A stretch of 64,000 bases of DNA from a virus (Duplodnaviria; Caudoviricetes): the IMG/VR virus record IMGVR_UViG_3300025534_000006, positions 21,781-85,780 of that record; one strand, written 5' to 3'. The position numbers were made by a program, and so were the translations under genes. The notes beneath the pieces are model-generated. The model was given only the letters and a program-made list of their open reading frames with translations. It ran no database searches and was not told the origin of the DNA. Positions 56,590 through 64,000 of the stretch are shown piece after piece. Every line of letters starts with the position of its first letter. Positions within the stretch are counted from its first letter, which is position 1.

Positions 56590-56752
56590 GTCATCGAATT
56601 CCATGTTTGGCATATTTATGAAGTTTGGAAAACCGGGTTACGCGGTCTGGGGATTGGGCAAGGGAGGAGCAAACCGGAAAATTTGGTTCGGCTGATTGAC
56701 TTTTTTTGCCGGTTTGTTACGAGTATGAAGTCCATGCTTGGAGGTCAAACGC

Positions 56753-57184
56753 GTGAGCTTCTGGCACATCATGTTCGGATTCAGGGGGCGGGTGCGCCGC
56801 CTGACATACTTCGGTTTTGGGCTATTGGCTTTCGTACTGCTGGCCGTTCCGGTCGCCGTTGGGCTAATGCTGGCTGGCGAAGGCGAAGATGTAATTGGCA
56901 ACCTTCTTATCGTGGTAGGCTTGGTCATCGGTGGCTGGTCCGGTCTGGCGCTGATGGTCAAGCGTCTCCACGATTTCGGTGCCTCAGGGTGGTGGGCGCT
57001 GGCCGTCTACGCCACATACGCTCTACCCGAACTCACCAACACGCCTGCCCTGAAACTCATCCTCAGCCTCATTGGCCTCGTCGTCGCCTTGGTGATCCTG
57101 TTCAAGAGGGGCACCGAGGGTATGAACCGTTTCGGCCCACAACCTATCGGTGGCGGGCAGTTCGCGGTCGCATCCACCACCTGA
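56753..57184 (+). CDS. DUF805-family membrane protein
   Basis: GRVRR..Y, VKRLHD.G.SGWW, GTEG.NRFG; GGAGG SD before GTG 56753. Confidence 0.85.
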   Translation: MSFWHIMFGFRGRVRRLTYFGFGLLAFVLLAVPVAVGLMLAGEGEDVIGNLLIVVGLVIGGWSGLALMVKRLHDFGASGWWALAVYATYALPELTNTPALKLILSLIGLVVALVILFKRGTEGMNRFGPQPIGGGQFAVASTT

Positions 57185-57210
57185 CCCTCGATCAGCCGAC
57201 GCGGCGCATT

Positions 57211-57247
57211 CAGGGCCGGACGGGATACCGTCCGGCCCTGTGTTTTT
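57211..57247 (+). terminator. Intrinsic terminator
   Basis: 13-bp perfect stem followed by TGTTTTT. Confidence 0.75.
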
Positions 57248-57323
57248 GGCCAAGGTGTCGTCGCGCATTTTGGTGAACACGCGCCTCCTAAATAGCCACG
57301 TTTCCTCAAAACCGGAGGCGAAC

Positions 57324-57563
57324 ATGCAGCACAGGGTGGTTTTCGACGGTGACTTCTATCAGGCGATGGATATCGGCAAGGATGGCGGGCGCCATGCGGT
57401 GATCCGCAAGGGCAAGGGCATCGTGCTGATGACGACGCTGCATTCTCCGGTTCCGGAGCGAGAGATGGCGATTGCTGCCGCGCAGGCCCTCGATGAGGCC
57501 GAGAAGGCAAAAGCGAAGGCAGGCACGGGCCTCTGGGGCTGGATCAAGGGCCTGTTTGGCTGA
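57324..57563 (+). CDS. Small late protein with amphipathic C-terminus
   Basis: TAAATA 57289-57294, GGAGG SD; ends GLWGWIKGLFG. Confidence 0.65.
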   Translation: MQHRVVFDGDFYQAMDIGKDGGRHAVIRKGKGIVLMTTLHSPVPEREMAIAAAQALDEAEKAKAKAGTGLWGWIKGLFG

Positions 57564-57640
57564 CGCTGCGGTGATCAACAGGCTGATCCGGCACGGCTCA
57601 ACCTGTAGCACCAGCCAGAAAGTCTTGGTAGATTTCGCCC

Positions 57641-58201
57641 ATGAGTCTGCCAAAGCCAAAATCAGTGCGGATCATGAACCGGGCCGAGTATCGGGCGTGG
57701 GCCGAGAGGCAGCCGCGCGGCCGTTTCGAGCGGGTCGCTGGCGAGGTGGTTGCCATGGCCCCCGAGAGGGTGGCCCATGCGCGGGTCAAGGCACGGGTCT
57801 GGCAGGCCCTCGACCGGGCTCTGCGGGAGGCCAAGCTGCCCTGCGAGGCGCTGCCGGACGGGATCACCGTCGAGGTCGGCGAGGACACCGACTACGAACC
57901 GGATACCGTGGTCAACTGCGGCGAGCCGATCCCCGGCGATGCCGTGGCAGCCCCGAACCCCGTGATCGTGGTGGAGGTCCTGTCGCCGTCCACCCAGAGC
58001 ACGGACACCGGGGCCAAGCTGGCGGACTATTTCCGCCTGCCGTCGGTCAGCCATTACCTGATCCTGCGGGCCGACCGTCCGCAGGTCATCCACCACCAGC
58101 GCGGATCGAATGGCGCCATCGAAACGCGGATCATCACCGAGGGGGAGGTGGCGCTGCACCCGCCGGGGATCGCGTTCAGCCTCCGCGAGATTTACGGGTA
58201 G
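57641..58201 (+). CDS. Uma2-family (DUF820) PD-(D/E)xK nuclease-like protein
   Basis: E...GEVVAMAP...H, YEPD, VVEVLSPST, KL..Y. Confidence 0.9.
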   Translation: MSLPKPKSVRIMNRAEYRAWAERQPRGRFERVAGEVVAMAPERVAHARVKARVWQALDRALREAKLPCEALPDGITVEVGEDTDYEPDTVVNCGEPIPGDAVAAPNPVIVVEVLSPSTQSTDTGAKLADYFRLPSVSHYLILRADRPQVIHHQRGSNGAIETRIITEGEVALHPPGIAFSLREIYG

Positions 58202-58404
58202 CTGGCGCTCTTACCATAATCAGATTTGGTTTCGATCCGGAACGTAGCCCGATTTTCGGCGCAATATCAGTAGCTTGCGCAGCCCACCCGGAGGGCTTCC
58301 TTCCATAATGATTATTATCCGGTAACATAACCTATCATTATGCGGCAGGACGGCTGGGAGATGGATGCAGAGGAGCGGGGGTATGCTCCCCCGCTCGCTC
58401 GCGG

Positions 58405-58641
58405 TCAGGCGGTCAAGCTGTCTCCCACGCTCAGGGTGCTGTTCGCGGGCTCGTAGGCCAGCAACGGCTCCTGATCCATGTCGATGGTTGTTCCCTCGTA
58501 AACGAAGATCATCATCTTGCCGTCGCGCACCGTGATCTCGGTCCGGCCCGGCCGGTCGAACGCCAGCAGCACGCGGTCGGCCTCGCCGCGTCCCCCGCCA
58601 ACGTTTCCCTGCACGTCCAGCACTTGCAGCTTGATGGTCAT
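58405..58641 (-). CDS. Small hypothetical protein
   Basis: 78-aa ORF; hairpin downstream. Confidence 0.55.
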   Translation of the reverse strand: MTIKLQVLDVQGNVGGGRGEADRVLLAFDRPGRTEITVRDGKMMIFVYEGTTIDMDQEPLLAYEPANSTLSVGDSLTA

Positions 58642-58964
58642 TGTCTGGCCCTCCGTTGTGACCCGACGATCTTGTTCGGCATCACCACGGAGGAGAAGCG
58701 TTCGATGCGCATGGGCTCATGAATAGTTCGGGCGGCTCGCCACACGCCGCTGATTCGCAACAGGATTGCCGTCGTGGAGCGCGCGAAAACGCCGCAAGTC
58801 CAGTTCGGGCGCTTTCCGGGCTCGCAATCACGCAATCCGCCGCAGGCGATCCGGCGAGACCGGTTCTTGGATGATCCACCCGCCACCATTCGTGCCCGGC
58901 TCGAAGTGACTGGACCACACGGACATGTCCTCAGTCTCCGGGTCCGGATGCATCACCAATCCCC

Positions 58965-61262
58965 TCAGGCCCACACGCTTCGGCATTCCGTCTCGTCGAT
59001 TTCAAACCGGACATCCGGATCGCCATCCATCCACCGTTTCCATGTTGTCTCGGAAGCAAGTACGATATGCCCGCACTCCACGACGGGGATCGTCTCGCGC
59101 CCGGCCCTCGCATACGCTGCCAACCGGTGTCCACCATCATAAAAGTGGCCATTGGCGATCAGGATCGGGTCAAAATCGAAGGCCGGGTTGCGTCGCAGCA
59201 TTTCGGCGTACCGCTCCACCGCCTTGTTGCTGTTCTCCCGTGCCATGGAATGGACGAGATCGGAAACGCGGGCACGTCCGACCAAGACCTCGGGCGGATG
59301 CACAAGCCCGCAAAGATTGGCCCATGCATCCTCTGCCGTATAGCCAGTCTCGATGAAGTAGGGGTGACGCTCGGCGAGGTTTTCGCAGATGTCGGTCTGC
59401 ACTTCCGTCGGCAGATCATCGAAGGGAATCCGACGGAAACCACCCTCGCCTTTCCCTTCTGTCACGGTACTTTCGCGTTCAGCATTCTCCTCGGTGTCCG
59501 GTTCACGGGTCACCGACCGGATAACGGACGGGTCCAGTACCGCGTAGGTGGTGGAAGGATCGCCATGCTCGAAATTGACGATGTTCCGGATCACCACGCC
59601 TTTGTCACCACGCTCACGAGCCCTTGCCAGAATACGCTGCATGATGTCCGGATCGTAGATCGGATCACCACCAGCCAGACGGGCATAGTTCACCGAGGGA
59701 AAGCCCGCGACATCCACTTGAACCTTATGGACATAGCCCCAATGCTCCGCATCCTCGCGGCTGTCGGTCAGAAAAATCGCATTTTCGGCGCCTCCGGGCA
59801 GGCGCAGCCCATTCGACAGATCAGCGAGGCTTCCGTGATACGCCGTAATCACGTTTCCGCGCCCGGTCCCTTCATGGAGATGGCGACCCGTCACTACCTC
59901 GGCGCTTTCCAGCGGCAACGGCTTCGTCATATGAACCAGCACTTCGTCCTGATGATGCCAGTCACCGAGCGCCCTGATTGCCGACCGCACCTCCCGGTTC
60001 CGCGACGCTTTCAGATCAGCCATACCGAATGGAATCCGTTCGGGATCGGGCTTCGTACTGACCAGCAGCGGTATGCCCGACCGGGCTGAATGCTCCGCAA
60101 AGTCCAAGGCAGCCTCCCGGCTCCCCGAGAACGACTGATACGGGTATTGCGAATTCGGCGGAAGCATCTTGCTGCGAATGATCTTCACCGCCGTTGATTT
60201 CGGCACGAAGATCACCCGGTAGAGGAGCGGCTTCGCTACGGCGCGATGGTTGCCGACGGCTTGCCCGATGATGGAGAACGCCTCCTCCACGGTCATGGCC
60301 TCGGTCTCCGGCCACGACCAGTCGGGATCGCGCATGGAACCGCTGATCCAGCGTTGCAGCCACCAGAGGGCATATTGCAGCTTCTTCGAGTCCACCGAGG
60401 TCGTCTTGTGCCCGGTGCTCTCGGCCATGCGGCTTCGCACCCGCCGCATGATCTCCCTCGCCCGCTTGCTTGGTTTGCGCGTCAGAAAGCCACGGGCGCG
60501 GCCATGTTCGTATGGCGGCACCTCGCCGACTGAGGTGTACTGACTTGCCGTTGGGTCGAGGATTGCACCGGTCGTCGTGTTCCGAAGCCACCAGTGGACC
60601 ACACCATTGCGGTCTCGGGCGCTGTACGGACGCCATGGGCTATCGAACCCACCGAGCATGTGCCAAAGGGCTTCGCTCGCCACATAGCAATGACCGTAGG
60701 TGGGATTGTCGGCGGACCACTTCTTCCGAAAAGCTGGCTGGAGCAGTTCCGGGCTCAGCGACGCCTTGACGGACGATACGAGATCGGGGGCGATATCCTG
60801 TCCGGCGTTTTCCGTGACGCCCCGGCGCTGTCTTGGATAACGGATCATGAGGCACTCCTCGGAATCCTCATCATCCAAATCGCCGTTGCCGTTCTGCAAA
60901 ATCTCGAAACCGAAGTCCTGATAGTAGGATATGAGCTTCGGCGAGTTAGCAAAGACAGTCAATTTGATCGTGACCCGGTACCGGTCAGCAAGATCGGCAA
61001 GGGCTTGCATGACCTGTGCTCCCGCCCCCGGCGGCGCGTCGGGACGGCGCTCGATATACGTCAAGTGGACTACTTTGGCGCCGTTCCCCACGGTGCCACC
61101 GGTTTCCAGTTCAATGTCAACATTCAGCCTGCGTGCGATTGGCTGGATGGCACGGATAACCTCTAGAGCCGGTACCGCGCGTTTTGCAGGCTTCTGGGTT
61201 GCCGCCGTCTTGGGCGCAGAGCGGGTCTCGGCGAGATCGATCCAGAGGCGGAGAGAGGACAT
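58965..61262 (-). CDS. Five-domain polyvalent protein (GNAT, papain-like, two ART-like, ParB/Srx-like)
   Basis: Leader MSSLRLWIDLAE; GAGAQVM..YYQDFGF; HCYVAS/VHWW/LDPTASQY; LYR/SFS/QDE; YHGS/IFLTD; DGGHRL; TAAATA 61291-61296. Confidence 0.75.
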   Translation of the reverse strand: MSSLRLWIDLAETRSAPKTAATQKPAKRAVPALEVIRAIQPIARRLNVDIELETGGTVGNGAKVVHLTYIERRPDAPPGAGAQVMQALADLADRYRVTIKLTVFANSPKLISYYQDFGFEILQNGNGDLDDEDSEECLMIRYPRQRRGVTENAGQDIAPDLVSSVKASLSPELLQPAFRKKWSADNPTYGHCYVASEALWHMLGGFDSPWRPYSARDRNGVVHWWLRNTTTGAILDPTASQYTSVGEVPPYEHGRARGFLTRKPSKRAREIMRRVRSRMAESTGHKTTSVDSKKLQYALWWLQRWISGSMRDPDWSWPETEAMTVEEAFSIIGQAVGNHRAVAKPLLYRVIFVPKSTAVKIIRSKMLPPNSQYPYQSFSGSREAALDFAEHSARSGIPLLVSTKPDPERIPFGMADLKASRNREVRSAIRALGDWHHQDEVLVHMTKPLPLESAEVVTGRHLHEGTGRGNVITAYHGSLADLSNGLRLPGGAENAIFLTDSREDAEHWGYVHKVQVDVAGFPSVNYARLAGGDPIYDPDIMQRILARARERGDKGVVIRNIVNFEHGDPSTTYAVLDPSVIRSVTREPDTEENAERESTVTEGKGEGGFRRIPFDDLPTEVQTDICENLAERHPYFIETGYTAEDAWANLCGLVHPPEVLVGRARVSDLVHSMARENSNKAVERYAEMLRRNPAFDFDPILIANGHFYDGGHRLAAYARAGRETIPVVECGHIVLASETTWKRWMDGDPDVRFEIDETECRSVWA

Positions 61263-61444
61263 GGCGTGGCTGTTCCGAAGCTTGGCATCGTATTTATCGA
61301 TCTGCCCGGCAGTATCAGAGCCAAGCTTCGGGGGTGGTCAATCAACCACTCCCCTGCCGATGTTAATTCCTATCTCCCAGCGCGGTGCTGCGCAGCGGCG
61401 AGGCCGGATCGACCGGCCATCGCTGCTTGGAAGGTCTGGACGCT

Positions 61445-61720
61445 TTAGCGCCAGCCGCGTGATTCTTCGGCTTCTTCCCAGCCCGGCATTTCCTTGATCC
61501 GTTCCAACTCAATATGTCCGGCGATCATCTCCGCCTCGACCTCGGTTGGCTTGCGCGCCTGCACGGTCCCATCGGCTTCCTGTACCTTGATCTCCACGAC
61601 CTCGAAATCCTCCTCGCCATCGGGCGTGTCCACGATGGCAGCGGCCAACACCCGCGTGACCTCGTCCTCAAGGCAGAGGTCGGCGACCTCCACCCACTCC
61701 GTCTTGATATTGCAAGTCAT
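61445..61720 (-). CDS. Small acidic hypothetical protein
   Basis: AGGAG SD. Confidence 0.6.
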   Translation of the reverse strand: MTCNIKTEWVEVADLCLEDEVTRVLAAAIVDTPDGEEDFEVVEIKVQEADGTVQARKPTEVEAEMIAGHIELERIKEMPGWEEAEESRGWR

Positions 61721-61795
61721 ATCATCACTCCTTTCCTATTCGGTGGCGCCATACAACACGAATAGGCGGAGATAAGCAAGACTCTTCGAAGAAAA

Positions 61796-61837
61796 AAGTT
61801 ACTTGTGAAAACTACTGTTTTCGCAAGTTACTTGTGA
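61796..61837. repeat. 13-bp direct repeat pair in AT-rich intergenic DNA
   Basis: AAGTTACTTGTGA at 61796-61808 and 61825-61837. Confidence 0.75.
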
Positions 61838-61882
61838 TAATCATGCCCGGAAACCCGTTTGGCTTCGCCCGGCCAGCGCCTA

Positions 61883-62464
61883 TTACGGCACGCCCCGGCC
61901 CTCTCGTTCATCAAAGTCACTATGACCCACCGCTTCGATGCGGCGCCAAGCAAGCGTGTCGAAATACCGCGACGTTTTGGCGAAGCGATGCTCGGGGGCC
62001 TCGCATGGCTCATATCCGGCCATCGCAAGCTCTTGGGAGAACTTCGCGGCCATTTTCTGATAGAGCCGGAAGCGGTTCGTGTTCTCCTTGCTGGCGGAGA
62101 GCATGATCAACTCCGGCTTGACCTTGGTGATGAATTCCCGGAACACGGCGATGGCGGTGGCGAAAACGCGATACCCCTTCCCTCCCAAGTTCAGGACCTT
62201 GGTGCCAGCGAAGTAGTCGCTGACGGGGCCGAAGCTGAGGTCATACCAATTGCCGTCGCGCTGGGGATCATCGGGATGCGGGAAGCCGGTCGAGAGGTCC
62301 GCCTTGGCGAAATACTCCTCGTCGCCAACCTTGAAGATCGCCTCCCAGAGGTCTTTCTTGCGGTGTATCCACCGGTATGGGAATGGCGTTTCGAAGCTTT
62401 CGGAAATGCCCGAGCGTTCGGCGCTCTCAATGATGTCGATGTAGTGGCGAAGGGTATGGGTCAT
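61883..62464 (-). CDS. Leader-tagged protein, possibly divergent GNAT-like
   Basis: MTHTLRHYIDIIES; VFATAIAVFREFI...RFRLYQKM. Confidence 0.6.
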   Translation of the reverse strand: MTHTLRHYIDIIESAERSGISESFETPFPYRWIHRKKDLWEAIFKVGDEEYFAKADLSTGFPHPDDPQRDGNWYDLSFGPVSDYFAGTKVLNLGGKGYRVFATAIAVFREFITKVKPELIMLSASKENTNRFRLYQKMAAKFSQELAMAGYEPCEAPEHRFAKTSRYFDTLAWRRIEAVGHSDFDEREGRGVP

Positions 62465-63210
62465 CTTTGGGTGTCAATGCTGAAATCTCGTCTCCCCCGA
62501 CGCAGCAGCGTGTTGTTCGGGTCTGGGTCCTCGTAGACCACCAAGGGCAAGCCGAGACGCTCGCAGGTCTCGCGCACAGCCTGAGCCTGCTGGTCATCTT
62601 CGGCCGGGTTCACCAGCAGGTAGACCTTGACCAGATAGGACCGCAAAGGCGTGATGGACCCGATGCAGAACTCCTCCGCCTCCATGCGGGTGTTGCGCTC
62701 GCCATGAGTGCGCCGCATGGGTTCGAAATCATCCGGATCGTAGTGCAGCACACGGGTTGGCTTGTTCGGCTTATGCGTTCCGTCCATGGAGAACGGCACG
62801 AGCTTGTAGCGCGCTGCCAAGGCTGCCTGATCCAATTCAAACACCACACGGCCCCATACAGTGGCAAGATTCCATGAGCGGGTCAGGGATACGCCTATCA
62901 CCGGCTTTCCGCCGATCATCTGCGGGCGCTTGGCGTTTGCGGCAATGCGGTCCTGCTTGATGATGCTGATGGCGCGGTCATATGTCGTGGCGTGATAGAG
63001 CGGAGCGTCCCTGCCCTCCATCAACGCCATGCATTCGCGCCCGGCTGTCATGGCACCCGACGCTTGGATTGCCTCCCGACGGGCTTCGCTCGTGCCGTGG
63101 TAGACGCGGCGCTCGGGTGCCACATATGGCGACCACGCTGGGCCTGCGCCGCGCCCCCAAGCCTCATTGAGGCGCTCAACAAGGTTGATCCATAGACGAA
63201 GGGAGGTCAT
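62461..63210 (-). CDS. Leader-tagged ART-fold protein
   Basis: MTSLRLWINLVE; VYHGT stub, then LYHAT/GVSLTRS/EAEE. Confidence 0.7.
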   Translation of the reverse strand: MTSLRLWINLVERLNEAWGRGAGPAWSPYVAPERRVYHGTSEARREAIQASGAMTAGRECMALMEGRDAPLYHATTYDRAISIIKQDRIAANAKRPQMIGGKPVIGVSLTRSWNLATVWGRVVFELDQAALAARYKLVPFSMDGTHKPNKPTRVLHYDPDDFEPMRRTHGERNTRMEAEEFCIGSITPLRSYLVKVYLLVNPAEDDQQAQAVRETCERLGLPLVVYEDPDPNNTLLRRGRRDFSIDTQR

Positions 63211-63941
63211 GCCAGCCCCTCCGTGATCTCCGGACTGTCGGGAGAGAACGTCCCTTTGTTGGCGATGGCCGACTTGATCTGGTGCGGATAGAACGCGATC
63301 CACCAGTCGGTAAGGCCGCCGCCGCGAGTACCAGCGTCGGCGAAGGTGTCCTTGAGCAGGATGCCATCATAGCCTTCGCTGATCGCCTGCTCGCGGAACT
63401 CCTCCACCATGGCTTCCCATTCGCGGCTCGATTGCTTCACCCGTCGCCCGCCGCTGATGGCGCGCAGCAATCGGTCGTAGGCATCGGCGCGGTCCATCTG
63501 CTCGACATGCCGGTTATAGGCGGACCAGTTCCGCGAGCTTGCATGGGCGTCAAGGGCCTTCTGATCCTCGATCCATACCGGTTCGCTGTTGAACACGAGG
63601 GGACGTTTGATCGAGAGATAGCATGGCATGACGTTGCCGCCGGGCGTGATGCGGTCATGCTCCGGGTCGGCATGGCCCATGTAGCCAGCGAAATAGGAGG
63701 GAGTTTTGGGGTTGGTGTCGAACCAGAAGCCAAGGCGGTTGGTGCCGTAGGCCCGCCGCCTTTCGCTGTCCAGTTTGAAATGTCCGAAGTTCTCTAACGT
63801 GCCATGGTAAACGACCAATGGCTTGCCGTGGGCGTCCACGACCTTGCTGCCGGAGAACCACCGCTTGAATTCCGGGGTCTCGGTGATGCTCGGAGCAGCA
63901 GCACGTTCAACGAGATTGATCCATTGGCGTAGGGTAGTCAC
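63207..63941 (-). CDS. Leader-tagged ART-fold protein (polyvalent-protein type)
   Basis: MTTLRQWINLVE; TPEFKRWF.GSKVVD..GKPLVVYHGT, GFWF, YDGI, QIKSA..N.GTFS. Confidence 0.8.
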   Translation of the reverse strand: MTTLRQWINLVERAAAPSITETPEFKRWFSGSKVVDAHGKPLVVYHGTLENFGHFKLDSERRRAYGTNRLGFWFDTNPKTPSYFAGYMGHADPEHDRITPGGNVMPCYLSIKRPLVFNSEPVWIEDQKALDAHASSRNWSAYNRHVEQMDRADAYDRLLRAISGGRRVKQSSREWEAMVEEFREQAISEGYDGILLKDTFADAGTRGGGLTDWWIAFYPHQIKSAIANKGTFSPDSPEITEGLA

Positions 63942-63969
63942 GGCAAGGCGGGCTCCGGGGTGTTTTGGT

Positions 63970-63975
63970 TATTTA
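63970..63975 (-). promoter_or_regulatory. TAAATA late promoter for the three-gene effector operon
   Basis: 28 nt upstream of GTG 63941. Confidence 0.65.
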
Positions 63976-64000
63976 CTCCCGGAGTGCATGGACTGGCGGG

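Noticed and set aside
58304-58343. 9-bp inverted repeat (CATAATGAT/ATCATTATG) as an IS end flanking Uma2
   Set aside because: No partner end or transposase; more likely promoter or operator DNA, and too weak to call.
1-64000. tRNA/rRNA genes, CRISPR arrays and stop-codon reassignment
   Set aside because: No cloverleaf/T-loop pattern or regular repeat-spacer series was noticed by eye, and core genes are full length in the standard code. A tRNAscan/CRT run would confirm.

Overview
The window is phage DNA, most likely from a T4-related jumbo myophage (gene set recalls RaK2/Atu_ph07-type phages, from memory). The high GC content and host-like accessory genes suggest an alphaproteobacterial host. 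Core genes are nrdA/nrdB, a gp41-like helicase, a gp61-like primase, a UvsW-like helicase with a mini-intein, a gp62-like clamp-loader subunit, a Cas4-like exonuclease, a ~210-aa mini DnaE, tail-fibre genes, a PAAR fusion and a probable prohead-core cluster. About 17 TAAATA late-promoter-like sites lie just upstream of start codons. The standout signal is a dispersed set of enzyme genes that share an N-terminal leader (M-x1-3-LRxWIxLVE-like), most of them downstream of a late promoter: several ADP-ribosyltransferase-fold proteins and a GNAT-like protein. A late kinase and a papain-like protein look related but lack the full leader. One member is a 765-aa five-domain polyprotein with hydrophobic-x-Glu sites at every domain boundary. 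I infer a capsid-packaged, prohead-protease-processed, injected effector arsenal analogous to T4 Alt and the internal proteins. Also notable are an IS1595/TnpB chimeric remnant that displaced one effector's leader, a recurrent ATTTCAG motif upstream of replication genes, and a candidate late small RNA. I saw no tRNA, rRNA or CRISPR array. All family calls are from motif recognition by eye; no database search was run.
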